Source of the DNA: an uncultured delta proteobacterium
GTDB taxonomy: Bacteria > Desulfobacterota > RBG-13-43-22
Direction of reading: 5' to 3'
DNA: 64,000 nucleotides
NCBI GenBank assembly: GCA_963843145.1
Contig: CAWJJC010000005.1
Span: 160,001 to 224,000, forward strand
Position 1 is the first letter of the stretch; every line of letters begins with the position of its first letter. Made by a program: the position numbers and the translations under genes. Positions 1 through 8,141 of the stretch are shown in pieces. The notes under the pieces were generated by a model. The model had not been told where the DNA came from and made no database searches. It saw only the letters and a list, made by a program, of their open reading frames with translations.

Positions 1-1
1 G

Positions 2-55
2 GAAAAATCGATGATGCGGTTGATCATGAGGCTGGGATTAACTTTCAGTATGTAA
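2..55 (+). CDS. 3' end of a gene running in from outside the window (partial)
   Basis: Open frame ...EKSMMRLIMRLGLTFSM ending in TAA at 53-55; too short to identify. Confidence 0.25.
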   Translation, partial: EKSMMRLIMRLGLTFSM

Positions 56-120
56 ATTCAAAATGCAAAATTTAGTACGAAAAGAAGATCGAATACCCCT
101 TTCGGGTTTTTGTTTTCGTA

Positions 121-175
121 GTCATCCCGGACTCGATCCGGGATCCAGGAAGCTCGAAAAATCCCGGATTCCGTC
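121..175. repeat. GTCAT-type REP-like palindromic element
   Basis: gtcatcccggactcgatccgggatccagg...ccggattcc; related to copies at 12391, 16123 and 19376. Confidence 0.6.
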
Positions 176-275
176 TCTCTCCTGATTATGCCAAAAATAA
201 GCCCAAATTGCTACCGATCAACTTATTCCTGGGGGCAGATGTCGGTCCTCCCGATTAGTCCTGTTCACCGAAGCC

Positions 276-719
276 CTATTTTACTATCTTTTCCTCTGAC
301 CCTTTCCTCGCCGCCTCAATGGCGTCCCGGCACGGCAGGGATAGCTCGCTCGCATGTTCCTGGAGGCACTTTGCGGTCCCGCCTTCCCTTGACTTGATGT
401 CGTTGCAGAACTTGACGATGTCGCCTCTACAGGCCTGCCGGACCTTCATCTGCTGCATCACTACCTCTTTCCACTCTACTCTGGATCCTTCCAACTTCGC
501 CTCATAATCCTTACAGGCGTCGGAAAGTTGACTTTCATGTCGTTCGAGGCAATCCCTGATGGCTGCCTGACCGGGTCCGACGTCCTTGCAAAATTTACCG
601 ATATCCTGAGAACACGGGTTCTGATCGGCGGCGGATGCGGCGGCGGCGAACATCACGCCTAAAATCAATAGTGCCCCTACAAGAGTTGCAAAAAAAAGCC
701 TGCTTTTTATTTTCATCAT
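276..719 (-). CDS. Secreted cysteine-rich repeat protein (GLG1/Cys-rich FGFR-like repeats)
   Basis: Signal peptide followed by two repeats of C-x2-D-x3-FC...CL-x5-LS-x2-C. Confidence 0.75.
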   Translation of the reverse strand: MMKIKSRLFFATLVGALLILGVMFAAAASAADQNPCSQDIGKFCKDVGPGQAAIRDCLERHESQLSDACKDYEAKLEGSRVEWKEVVMQQMKVRQACRGDIVKFCNDIKSREGGTAKCLQEHASELSLPCRDAIEAARKGSEEKIVK

Positions 720-764
720 TTCTCCTTTTTTCTCCCTACTAATGATTCTGCCCGGTGAAAGGGA

Positions 765-2270
765 CTAGGGGGAGAGTTTTTCGGCATACCGACCCGGATC
801 TTTCTCGAAACGGGCCCGGTTCTCGGCGGAAGCGAAATAATAAACTTTTTGATTGTAGGTACTTTTAAGCCCCGCCTTCTCCGCCTTTCGTATGGACACC
901 TCCACACCGGATACCGGGTCGTTCTTCAGCGAACCGCTCATCCCGGCAGCGGCCAGGTCCATCCGGCTTTCGGAGTCGAGGAGAAAGGTACCGGAGGCGG
1001 CGATCCGTTCCCCGGCGGACAACCCTTGAACAATTTCAACCCGGTCACCGAAACGCCGGCCGATCTTAACTTCCCGGGGCTCGAAAAACCCTTGGCCCTG
1101 AGCCATAAAGACCGTTTTTTTAAGACCGGTATCGAGGACCGCATCCACCGGTACGATAATCGCCGGAGGGCCGCTGATAGGAATCTCAACATTGACAAAC
1201 ATATCAGGGCGCAGGATAAAACCGGGGTTGTCTGCCTCCAATCTCAATTTCAAGGTCCTGGTCGTCGGGTCGAACTCGGGCAGGACCTTGCTTATTCGGC
1301 CAACAAAGGTTTTATGGAGATAGGGAAGCTCCATCGTTACCCGTCTCCCGGGTTGGTATAAAGAGGTCTCGTTTTCAAAGATATCGGCCACGATCCAAAC
1401 CTTGGACAGATCCGCAATGCGGAAAAACTCCAACCCTCGGTCGAAACGCAGTCCCGGAGAAACATTTCGCGAGAGAATGAATCCGTTGATCGGAGAGCGG
1501 ATTTCAATGTCATCGGCGACCATTCCGCCCTTTTCCATTTCGTCAATCTGATGTTCGGATATCCCAAAGTTGAGCAGTGACTTTTTGTAATAATACTTTT
1601 GCGAGGCATCACTGGTAAAGTTGAGGTCCCGCGTGACATCCCTCAAAACATCCCTCATGGGTTTAAATTGACTCGGGCTCAGCCGGAGGTCCTTTTCTTC
1701 TCCTTTGGTTTCGGGGACCCCGGGTTTCTTGGTGCCCGGGGACACCGATCTAGTGGTTCCTGCGGGCGCAAGCCTACTGGTTCCTGGAGGCGCAAGCCTG
1801 GTGGCTCCTGGAGGCGCAGGCCTATTGGTTTCTACGGCTGCAGGATTGGTGGATCGGATTAAGTTTAGATAGACTTGAACCGTGGTCCGATAATCCACGG
1901 AGTAAAAGGTGGCCAAGAGCTCATTTTTCTTAACTAAGCTTCCGGTAGTGACCGGCTGAACATCCTCAATCCAACCGTTAAGGGCGGCGTTGATTCGGAA
2001 GACCCGGTTTTCATCCGGCGTTACCCTGCCCAGCACCCGCATGGTATAGCTCCAGGGAGCCTTTTCCACCGTGACTACTTTAACGCCGATCATCTGCTGT
2101 TTTTCCGGGCTCACTTTCACGGCCCCCGGCGGCAGGTCCTCTTCATCGCCGCCGGATACTATCCGGGCAGGGCTGCTCTTGGGAGCCGCCTGCCGGTTAT
2201 GCCTGGAAATCGCTACATAGGATCCGACCGCCACCAAAATCAGTATAATAAGATAAATGACTTTTTTCAC
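765..2270 (-). CDS. Efflux RND periplasmic adaptor (CusB/CzcB-like) with C-terminal YHS-like domain
   Basis: N-terminal TM anchor; GWIE..GSLVKK, ADLSKVWIVADIFE, TRTLKLRLE and LRPDMFV motifs; DPVSG...YYFAS C-terminus. Confidence 0.85.
   Translation of the reverse strand: MKKVIYLIILILVAVGSYVAISRHNRQAAPKSSPARIVSGGDEEDLPPGAVKVSPEKQQMIGVKVVTVEKAPWSYTMRVLGRVTPDENRVFRINAALNGWIEDVQPVTTGSLVKKNELLATFYSVDYRTTVQVYLNLIRSTNPAAVETNRPAPPGATRLAPPGTSRLAPAGTTRSVSPGTKKPGVPETKGEEKDLRLSPSQFKPMRDVLRDVTRDLNFTSDASQKYYYKKSLLNFGISEHQIDEMEKGGMVADDIEIRSPINGFILSRNVSPGLRFDRGLEFFRIADLSKVWIVADIFENETSLYQPGRRVTMELPYLHKTFVGRISKVLPEFDPTTRTLKLRLEADNPGFILRPDMFVNVEIPISGPPAIIVPVDAVLDTGLKKTVFMAQGQGFFEPREVKIGRRFGDRVEIVQGLSAGERIAASGTFLLDSESRMDLAAAGMSGSLKNDPVSGVEVSIRKAEKAGLKSTYNQKVYYFASAENRARFEKDPGRYAEKLSP
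1731..1820 (-). repeat. 24-bp (8-aa) tandem repeat inside the adaptor gene
   Basis: APPGATRL-APPGTSRL-APAGTTRS-VSPGTKKP. Confidence 0.8.
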
Positions 2271-2396
2271 TTAAATCTCCTGCCTGCAACAGCCACAAGG
2301 CTGACTTCTTTTTAACCCTCAGGCCCCCGAAGGACACCCCGAAACAGGTAAACGCCTTTGGCCAAGGGCCGGTCGCCCTAGGCCTTCGGTCAGGCT

Positions 2397-2534
2397 GTCA
2401 TTCTGAGCTCTTCACCAGCTTGTCAGCCTGAGTGAAACGAAGGATCTCGGTTCCCAGCTCAGCTTAAACTCCGCAAAGGATCAGCTCACGGGCTGCCTGA
2501 GGGATCCTTCAGTCGTTTCGCTCCTTCAGGAGGT
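2397..2534. repeat. REP-like element (GTCATTCTGAG...GAAGGATC type)
   Basis: gtcattctgag...ctgagtgaaacgaaggatctc and the inverted arm gggatccttcagtcgtttcgctccttcagg. Confidence 0.5.
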
Positions 2535-2729
2535 CTATTTTCGTATTAGCCCCCCATGCTTGGGGCTGGGCACTCATGCCGCATGAAGATCCCGCGTCCC
2601 CTCACCCATACTTGACATAATAATATACGTTTAAAGCGATTTCCTGTCAACCCTTTGAAGAAAACTCATCCCTCAGCCGGCTCCATTTCTTGGTCGCCCG
2701 GTCAGCCATCATCGGAGGGAAAAGGTCGA

Positions 2730-3689
2730 TTAGGAATTCAGGGAGGCCCCCAGAATCTTAATCTTTTTTGGTAATATTTCAAACCGCACCGACAGACGGC
2801 CCACCAGTTCCCCGTCCATATCGATAAACACCTCTTCCTCCGATTCCAGGCTGATGGTTTGGGCCTGAAAGGTTTGGACTTTGGGATGGCCGGATAAAGT
2901 GCCTCGGTAGAGGCGGCGGGTATTGGTTAACACTTCCATCCGGGAAACGTCGCCGACCACCACTACCTCCAAAAACCCGTCATCCATCCGGGCCGGTGGG
3001 GCCACCCACATGCCGCCCCCGAAATACTGCCCATTGGCAATAACGATGGAACTGGCCTTGACCTCGAAAGGCGGGCGGTCGTCCAGACCGATCCGAATGC
3101 GCTTATTCCGATATTGGAGAAGGGTAACTAAAAGTCCGCGGAAGAAACTGAGTTTACCTCCCCAGCGCTTGCTGTGACTGTTCACATAGCGGACCAGGTC
3201 CCCCCCAAAGCCGACATCGGTAACATTTAAAAAATGCCTCCGGCAAGGATTGCCGTTCAGATCAAGAAAGCGGGCCACCCCCACATCGATCTTCCGAAAA
3301 ACATTTCCGCCAGCCTGTTGAGCGGCCACGGTTAAAGAATGAGAGATGCCCAGCGTCCGGACCAGGTCGGCCCCGGTGCCGCAGGGCAGGATGGCCAGGT
3401 CCGTATCCTCAAACCTCGGATGGGCCAATAATCCGTTGAGCACCTCATTGACTGTGCCGTCGCCCCCGTGCACCACCACCGTGGGGTACCCCTGTTCAAC
3501 CGCCTGGTAGGCCAGGTCCGTGGCTTGATGGGGGGCGTCCGTGGTCCAGGCCGTAAAGGGAGGAAGGAGGCTTCGAAGAAGCGGCTCATTCTTCGACCAA
3601 TCACGTCCGGTCCGGCCGTCGGCGCTCACCGGATTGACGATTACGACCCAGGAGGGTCGGTCCTTGGGGTCTTGTGCGGATTTGGTCAT
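2730..3689 (-). CDS. Diacylglycerol kinase family lipid kinase (YegS/BmrU-like)
   Basis: IVNPVS, GGDGTVNE, LPCGTGAD, ANGQYFGGGM and DMDGE motifs. Confidence 0.9.
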   Translation of the reverse strand: MTKSAQDPKDRPSWVVIVNPVSADGRTGRDWSKNEPLLRSLLPPFTAWTTDAPHQATDLAYQAVEQGYPTVVVHGGDGTVNEVLNGLLAHPRFEDTDLAILPCGTGADLVRTLGISHSLTVAAQQAGGNVFRKIDVGVARFLDLNGNPCRRHFLNVTDVGFGGDLVRYVNSHSKRWGGKLSFFRGLLVTLLQYRNKRIRIGLDDRPPFEVKASSIVIANGQYFGGGMWVAPPARMDDGFLEVVVVGDVSRMEVLTNTRRLYRGTLSGHPKVQTFQAQTISLESEEEVFIDMDGELVGRLSVRFEILPKKIKILGASLNS

Positions 3690-3753
3690 AGGCGACTAAA
3701 TAAACATCGAACTTCGAACATCGAACGCCCAACCTTGAATGAAAATATGACGC

Positions 3754-4067
3754 TTCGCCCTTTTGGGTGGGTATCCCCAGATCTGGTATGGCCGTCTGGT
3801 CTCGGCAAAAGGGTTTCCCACCTTGCTTTACAGGTTCGGAACCCGGCCCAAATGTTTCTAAATCTTCACGGAGGCAGGGCCAGCCCGAGGAAGCGTCAAA
3901 AGCCTCTGAGTTTGGGCCTGCTGCAAATAAAATTACTAATTTCGGCCCGGGGTCGAACTCCGGGGACCCTTTGGAAAACCCTTTCGCCGAGATCAGACGG
4001 CCACGAAGGCCTGAATATTCAGTCTAATGCTAACAGATATCGTGGCCCCCCACCCAGAAATGGCGAA
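3754..4067. mobile_element. MITE-like element, copy 1
   Basis: Terminal inverted repeats ttcgcccttttgggtggg / cccacccagaaatggcgaa plus an internal inverted repeat; homologous to 33298-33523. Confidence 0.65.
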
Positions 4068-4167
4068 AATCGAAAATATCACCAATAAGCCCACGATTGT
4101 CAACACAAAAAGCGTTGCTTTGGCCGGTTGATCTGTTGTAAACTTAATCCAATTGAAAGGGGAAAGA

Positions 4168-4620
4168 ATGATGATGAAAAAATGGTTGAGGGCCCTTCCT
4201 TTTTTCTGTCTTCTGGCCTTTTTGGTTCTTCCAGGAAACCTTCTGGGCGCTGACTGGAAGCTATGCTCGGAAAATGAATTCTTAACCCTATACTTTGATG
4301 TAAACAGTTTGAACCGAAGGGATGCGGACCGGATTAAGGTCTGGACTAAATACGTTCCCAAGGGGAAAAAAGGGAAGGATTTTTGGGCTCATATCCGCAC
4401 CTTCGACAAGATACCGATCAAGCAATTCCAGCACTATGCCTATAGCGTAGTCCTCTATGAATTCAGTTGCCCGGGAAAGACTTACCAGCTAATATCCGGG
4501 CTCGACTTTGACCAGGAAAAAAAGATGCTCAGCGAATTGCAGCCCTCCAAATCCAAACCTATCTTCCCGGAGTCCCTCCCCGAAACCCTTTATCAGATAG
4601 TTTGCCCCGGGGAAAGATGA
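4168..4620 (+). CDS. Secreted protein, surface-adhesin protein E-like
   Basis: Signal peptide; W...LYFDVNSL...KVWTK...EFSC...PIFPES...LYQIVC pattern; RBS aagggg. Confidence 0.6.
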   Translation: MMMKKWLRALPFFCLLAFLVLPGNLLGADWKLCSENEFLTLYFDVNSLNRRDADRIKVWTKYVPKGKKGKDFWAHIRTFDKIPIKQFQHYAYSVVLYEFSCPGKTYQLISGLDFDQEKKMLSELQPSKSKPIFPESLPETLYQIVCPGER

Positions 4621-4745
4621 GGGGTAGGGTCTAGGGTGTAGGGGGAAAACCAAAGCGTTCTATATCGTATCTTCTTTTTCTTCCCTCTTCCCTCTTCCCT
4701 CTTCCATCTCTCTCACCCTGCCCCCAATACCCTCACCCCTAAACC

Positions 4746-4967
4746 CTATATCTTCTCGACTAAAACGACCTTATCCCGGCTTTTCTCGCCCCGGATGATG
4801 CGGATTTCGCTTTTGCGAACGTTCAGGTATTCGGCCAGAATCTTGATCAAGGCTTCGTTGGCCCGGCCCTCAATCGCCGGGGCGGTAAGATAAACCTTGA
4901 GTCGGTCTTTCTCGACAACCACCTTGTTTTGTTTGGCTTTGGGTATTACCCGGATGGAATGGCGCAT
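4746..4967 (-). CDS. DUF167 / YggU family protein
   Basis: IRVIPKAK, LTAPAIEGRANEALI and GEKSRDK motifs. Confidence 0.9.
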   Translation of the reverse strand: MRHSIRVIPKAKQNKVVVEKDRLKVYLTAPAIEGRANEALIKILAEYLNVRKSEIRIIRGEKSRDKVVLVEKI

Positions 4968-5250
4968 AGGTAATACGAAAATAGGGCACAGGGTATAAGG
5001 TTCAAGGTATAAGGTTTGGAGAATACCATTTTAATGCTTCGTGGGTGCCCCGCGGGGCATGTGGGTTTAGTATGTAAATAAGCCTCTATGACCTGCAATA
5101 AGGCCAATAATCAATTGTCAATGATCAATTGATTATTGATTATTGATATCCTGCGGTTAAACAGTTGTCTCGCCCCTTTTATTTTTATGCTACGAGGGTA
5201 CCCACCAGGGGCCTAGTGTTTAACTCGGGGCTAAAATACCATTTTTCCCC

Positions 5251-5278
5251 TTGACATTCCACCAGGATCATTTAAATT
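5251..5278 (+). promoter_or_regulatory. Sigma70-type promoter of the small peptide ORF
   Basis: TTGACA at 5251-5256, 16-bp spacer, TAAATT at 5273-5278. Confidence 0.55.
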
Positions 5279-5320
5279 TTAATATAACAAACATCGCACG
5301 AAGCGAGAAAGGGGCCGGTC

Positions 5321-5383
5321 ATGAAGATCCGCAAAGTGGTTAAGGTATCCAAAGGTCTTTGCAAGTGTAAAAAGACCTGCTAA
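5321..5383 (+). CDS. Putative RiPP precursor peptide, 20 aa (MKIRKVVKVSKGLCKCKKTC)
   Basis: ATG 5321 to TAA 5383; RBS AAAGGGG upstream; promoter before and terminator after; lies upstream of an RRE-radical SAM/SPASM gene. Confidence 0.75.
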   Translation: MKIRKVVKVSKGLCKCKKTC

Positions 5384-5400
5384 AAGAAATTTACTATTTC

Positions 5401-5435
5401 AAAAAAGGCCGATAGTTGATCTGTCGGCCTTTTTT
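5401..5435 (+). terminator. Intrinsic terminator/attenuator after the precursor ORF
   Basis: AAAAAA-GGCCGATAG-ttgat-CTGTCGGCC-TTTTTT. Confidence 0.85.
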
Positions 5436-5465
5436 ATTCCAAAACCTAAATGAGATGGTTTTGCA

Positions 5466-5825
5466 ATGCCCAAAACCGATTTCCAAGATTATATCTGCCG
5501 GCCCTTCTGCGATTTTTTTAAGCCGAGGGTCAAAGAAGAGCTGACCTGCCGGGGGGCGCTGCTGGTGGAACACCTGGTCCGGCGCCGGCGTCTCATCCCC
5601 GGAGACTTCCAGAGCCTGGAAAAAAGCGAATCGTTATTCCCGGGCCAAGAGGCCGATTTGGAAGCCGCTGTTTGCCGGGGCTGTCCTTTCCAAGCCGAAG
5701 ATTGTGATTTTATGTCCGCCAATCCGCCATCCGACTGTCGGCCCTGCGGCGGATTGGTTCTCCTGCGGCAGCTCACGAAAAAAGGGTTGATCACCATCCC
5801 GGACCTATTCCATGACGACAACTGA
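5466..5825 (+). CDS. Cys-rich hypothetical protein (possible Fe-S/Zn binding) coupled to the radical SAM gene
   Basis: 8 Cys in two similar modules; overlaps the rSAM start by 14 nt. Confidence 0.7.
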   Translation: MPKTDFQDYICRPFCDFFKPRVKEELTCRGALLVEHLVRRRRLIPGDFQSLEKSESLFPGQEADLEAAVCRGCPFQAEDCDFMSANPPSDCRPCGGLVLLRQLTKKGLITIPDLFHDDN

Positions 5826-6990
5826 TTGGCAGGAATCCTTCCTCTCCTTGCATCCCCGGGTTTTCCTCAAACGCCTGGAACAGCCCTATCTTTATCACCT
5901 GGACCGGGATGAATTGTACGAAATCGACGAACAGGCCCTTCTTTTCTTAAGCCTTTGTGATGGAACCACCCAAGGAAAATCCCTGACCGGCGATGCGGAA
6001 TTCGTTTCTTTTTGTCTGGAGGAAGGGCTCTTGGAAACCAACAGCCAACCGATCCTCAAGAACGTCTCCATCGGAGAAGCCCCCGTTCCTTCTCTGCGTT
6101 ACCTGGAGCTGCAACTGCTCCACCAATGCAATCTGCGCTGTCGACATTGCTATCTGGGTCCACCCCGCCCCGGGCGGTTGTCCTTGGAAGAGGCCGTCAC
6201 CATCACCCGGGAATTTGCCGCCCGGGGCGGCTTGCGGCTTTTGATTTCCGGGGGCGAACCCCTGCTTTATCCCGAACTCCCCTCCTTCCTGGCGCAGACC
6301 CAGGGCCTGGGCATCCGTCGTATTCTCTTAACCAATGGGACCCTGCTCACTACGGAAAGCCTCCTCCAACTTCAGGTGGAAGAGATTCAGGTCAGCCTGG
6401 ACGGCTGGCGCACGGGTCACGAAGCTATCCGGGGTGTAGGGACCTTCGATCAAACCCTTAAGGGTCTCCTGGCCGCCCGGGAAGCCGGACTGCCCATTGC
6501 CATCGCCACCATGGTTCATCGGAAGAACCTGGTTGAATTCGATCAACTGGCCCGTCTGGTAAAAGAGATCGGGGCTGTTGAATGGGGAGTGGATGTGCCC
6601 TGCCTGGCAGGTTCTATGAAAGAACATTCCGATCTACTGGTCCCTTACGAAGAGGCCGTCCCCTTTCTAAATTTTTCCTTTGGGGGGGGCTATCACGGCT
6701 CCGCGGAGGGATATGCCTGTGGACGCCATTTGCTGACGGTGTTACCCGGCGGGCAGGCGGTAAAGTGCGGCTTCTATGAAGAGCAGATCCTGGGAGATGC
6801 TCGCCGGGGCCTGATCGAATGTTGGCTAAAGCTTCAACATATCCCGCTGGAAAAACTGGAATGCCGGGGGTGTCCGGCACTCGAGGAGTGCGCCGGGGGA
6901 TGCCGTTACCGGGCCGATCATCCTTTCGGTCGGGACCCGCTGATGTGCGCCCTGTATGAAGTGGCGGGGGATAGACCTTTAACACATTAG
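5812..6990 (+). CDS. Radical SAM/SPASM peptide maturase with N-terminal RRE (PqqD-like) domain
   Basis: CNLRCRHC (Cx3Cx2C), SGGEPLL, TNGTL, VSLDG; SPASM Cx15C...Cx2Cx5Cx3Cx14C; N-terminal YLY..DELYEIDEQA..FLSLCDGT RRE-like pattern. Confidence 0.9.
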   Translation: MTTTDWQESFLSLHPRVFLKRLEQPYLYHLDRDELYEIDEQALLFLSLCDGTTQGKSLTGDAEFVSFCLEEGLLETNSQPILKNVSIGEAPVPSLRYLELQLLHQCNLRCRHCYLGPPRPGRLSLEEAVTITREFAARGGLRLLISGGEPLLYPELPSFLAQTQGLGIRRILLTNGTLLTTESLLQLQVEEIQVSLDGWRTGHEAIRGVGTFDQTLKGLLAAREAGLPIAIATMVHRKNLVEFDQLARLVKEIGAVEWGVDVPCLAGSMKEHSDLLVPYEEAVPFLNFSFGGGYHGSAEGYACGRHLLTVLPGGQAVKCGFYEEQILGDARRGLIECWLKLQHIPLEKLECRGCPALEECAGGCRYRADHPFGRDPLMCALYEVAGDRPLTH

Positions 6991-7158
6991 GTGCTTACAT
7001 CTATTAAATTGACAGAGGACCTATAAATCCGAATCCGAAGAGAAGCACAAAGGTCCAAAATCCAAATCATCAAAAAAAATCGTTTCGAATTTTGAAATTC
7101 GGTTCGGATTTGGCCCAAAAAGTCAAATTGTAGGTAGCTATTTAAGGAGGTCTAACAA

Positions 7159-8025
7159 GTGGGTAAAATATTAGTCACCGGCGCCACCGGCACCATCGGC
7201 AGTCAGTTGGTGCGGCGGCTCAAAGAAAAGAACCTGGAGGTCATTGCCGGGGTCAGCAGCCTTTCCAAAGCCGGACGCTTCTCCAAACAGGGCATCGATA
7301 CGACCATCCTCAACTTTGCCCAACCCGATTCTCTGGAACCGGCCTTCGAGGGGGTCGATCGTCTATTTCTTTTGCTGCCCCTGGCGGAACCCATGGAGGA
7401 TTGGGGCTTGCGGGCCATAGCCGGCGCTCAGAAAGCCGGGGTCCAATTCATCCTTCGCTCATCGTGCTTGGGGGCCGATTCGCCAGCCGAATTTGAACTG
7501 GGTCAGGTGCATGGCCGAATCGATCAGGCGCTGATCGATAGCGGCCTGGCCTACACGATCGTTCGCCCCAATTCGTTCATGCAGAACTACCTAAATTTTT
7601 TCGGAGGGATGATCAAGGACCAACAGTCCATCTTCCTGCCCCAGGGCCAGGGCCGGATCAGCCTGATCGACGTCCGAGACATCGCCGCCGTGGATACTGA
7701 AATCCTGACCGCTCCCGAAAACCATAGGCAGAAGGCCTATGACCTGACCGGTCCGGAGGCGTTAACCAACGAGGAAATCGCCCGGATCCTCGCCCGGGTC
7801 CTGGGGAAACCAATCACCTCTGTGGATATCGACGAATTAACCGCCCGCCAGGCCATGGCCCGGAGGGGGATGCCGGAATGGAATATTCGCCTGTTGGAAA
7901 GCCTGAACCGTCGTATCAAGCTGGGGATGACGGCCGAAGTCACTAACTGGGTCCGGATGATTGCCGGGAGACAGCCGACAACCTTTGAGCAATTTGCCTG
8001 GGACCATGCGGATGCCTGGAAGTAA
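7159..8025 (+). CDS. NmrA-family NAD(P)-binding protein (atypical SDR)
   Basis: ILVTGATGTIG, RPNSFMQN, IDVRDIAAV, YDLTGPEAL; RBS AAGGAGG with GTG start. Confidence 0.9.
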   Translation: MGKILVTGATGTIGSQLVRRLKEKNLEVIAGVSSLSKAGRFSKQGIDTTILNFAQPDSLEPAFEGVDRLFLLLPLAEPMEDWGLRAIAGAQKAGVQFILRSSCLGADSPAEFELGQVHGRIDQALIDSGLAYTIVRPNSFMQNYLNFFGGMIKDQQSIFLPQGQGRISLIDVRDIAAVDTEILTAPENHRQKAYDLTGPEALTNEEIARILARVLGKPITSVDIDELTARQAMARRGMPEWNIRLLESLNRRIKLGMTAEVTNWVRMIAGRQPTTFEQFAWDHADAWK

Positions 8026-8141
8026 CGGTGAACGTCCAACATCGAATGTCAAATGGAGGTTTGTTTTTCATTCGAAGTTGGGCGTTCGATGTTCAATGTT
8101 CGTCTAGCATTTCGAATTTTATATTTACCCATTAAGGATCT

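Noticed and set aside
5321-5383. Selenocysteine-containing or read-through precursor
   Set aside because: The stop is TAA, not TGA, and the following hairpin has the form of a terminator.
7159-8025. NmrA-like gene as a definite member of the RiPP cluster
   Set aside because: It is separated by about 170 bp containing a repeat hairpin and belongs to a generic family, so linkage cannot be supported without comparative data.
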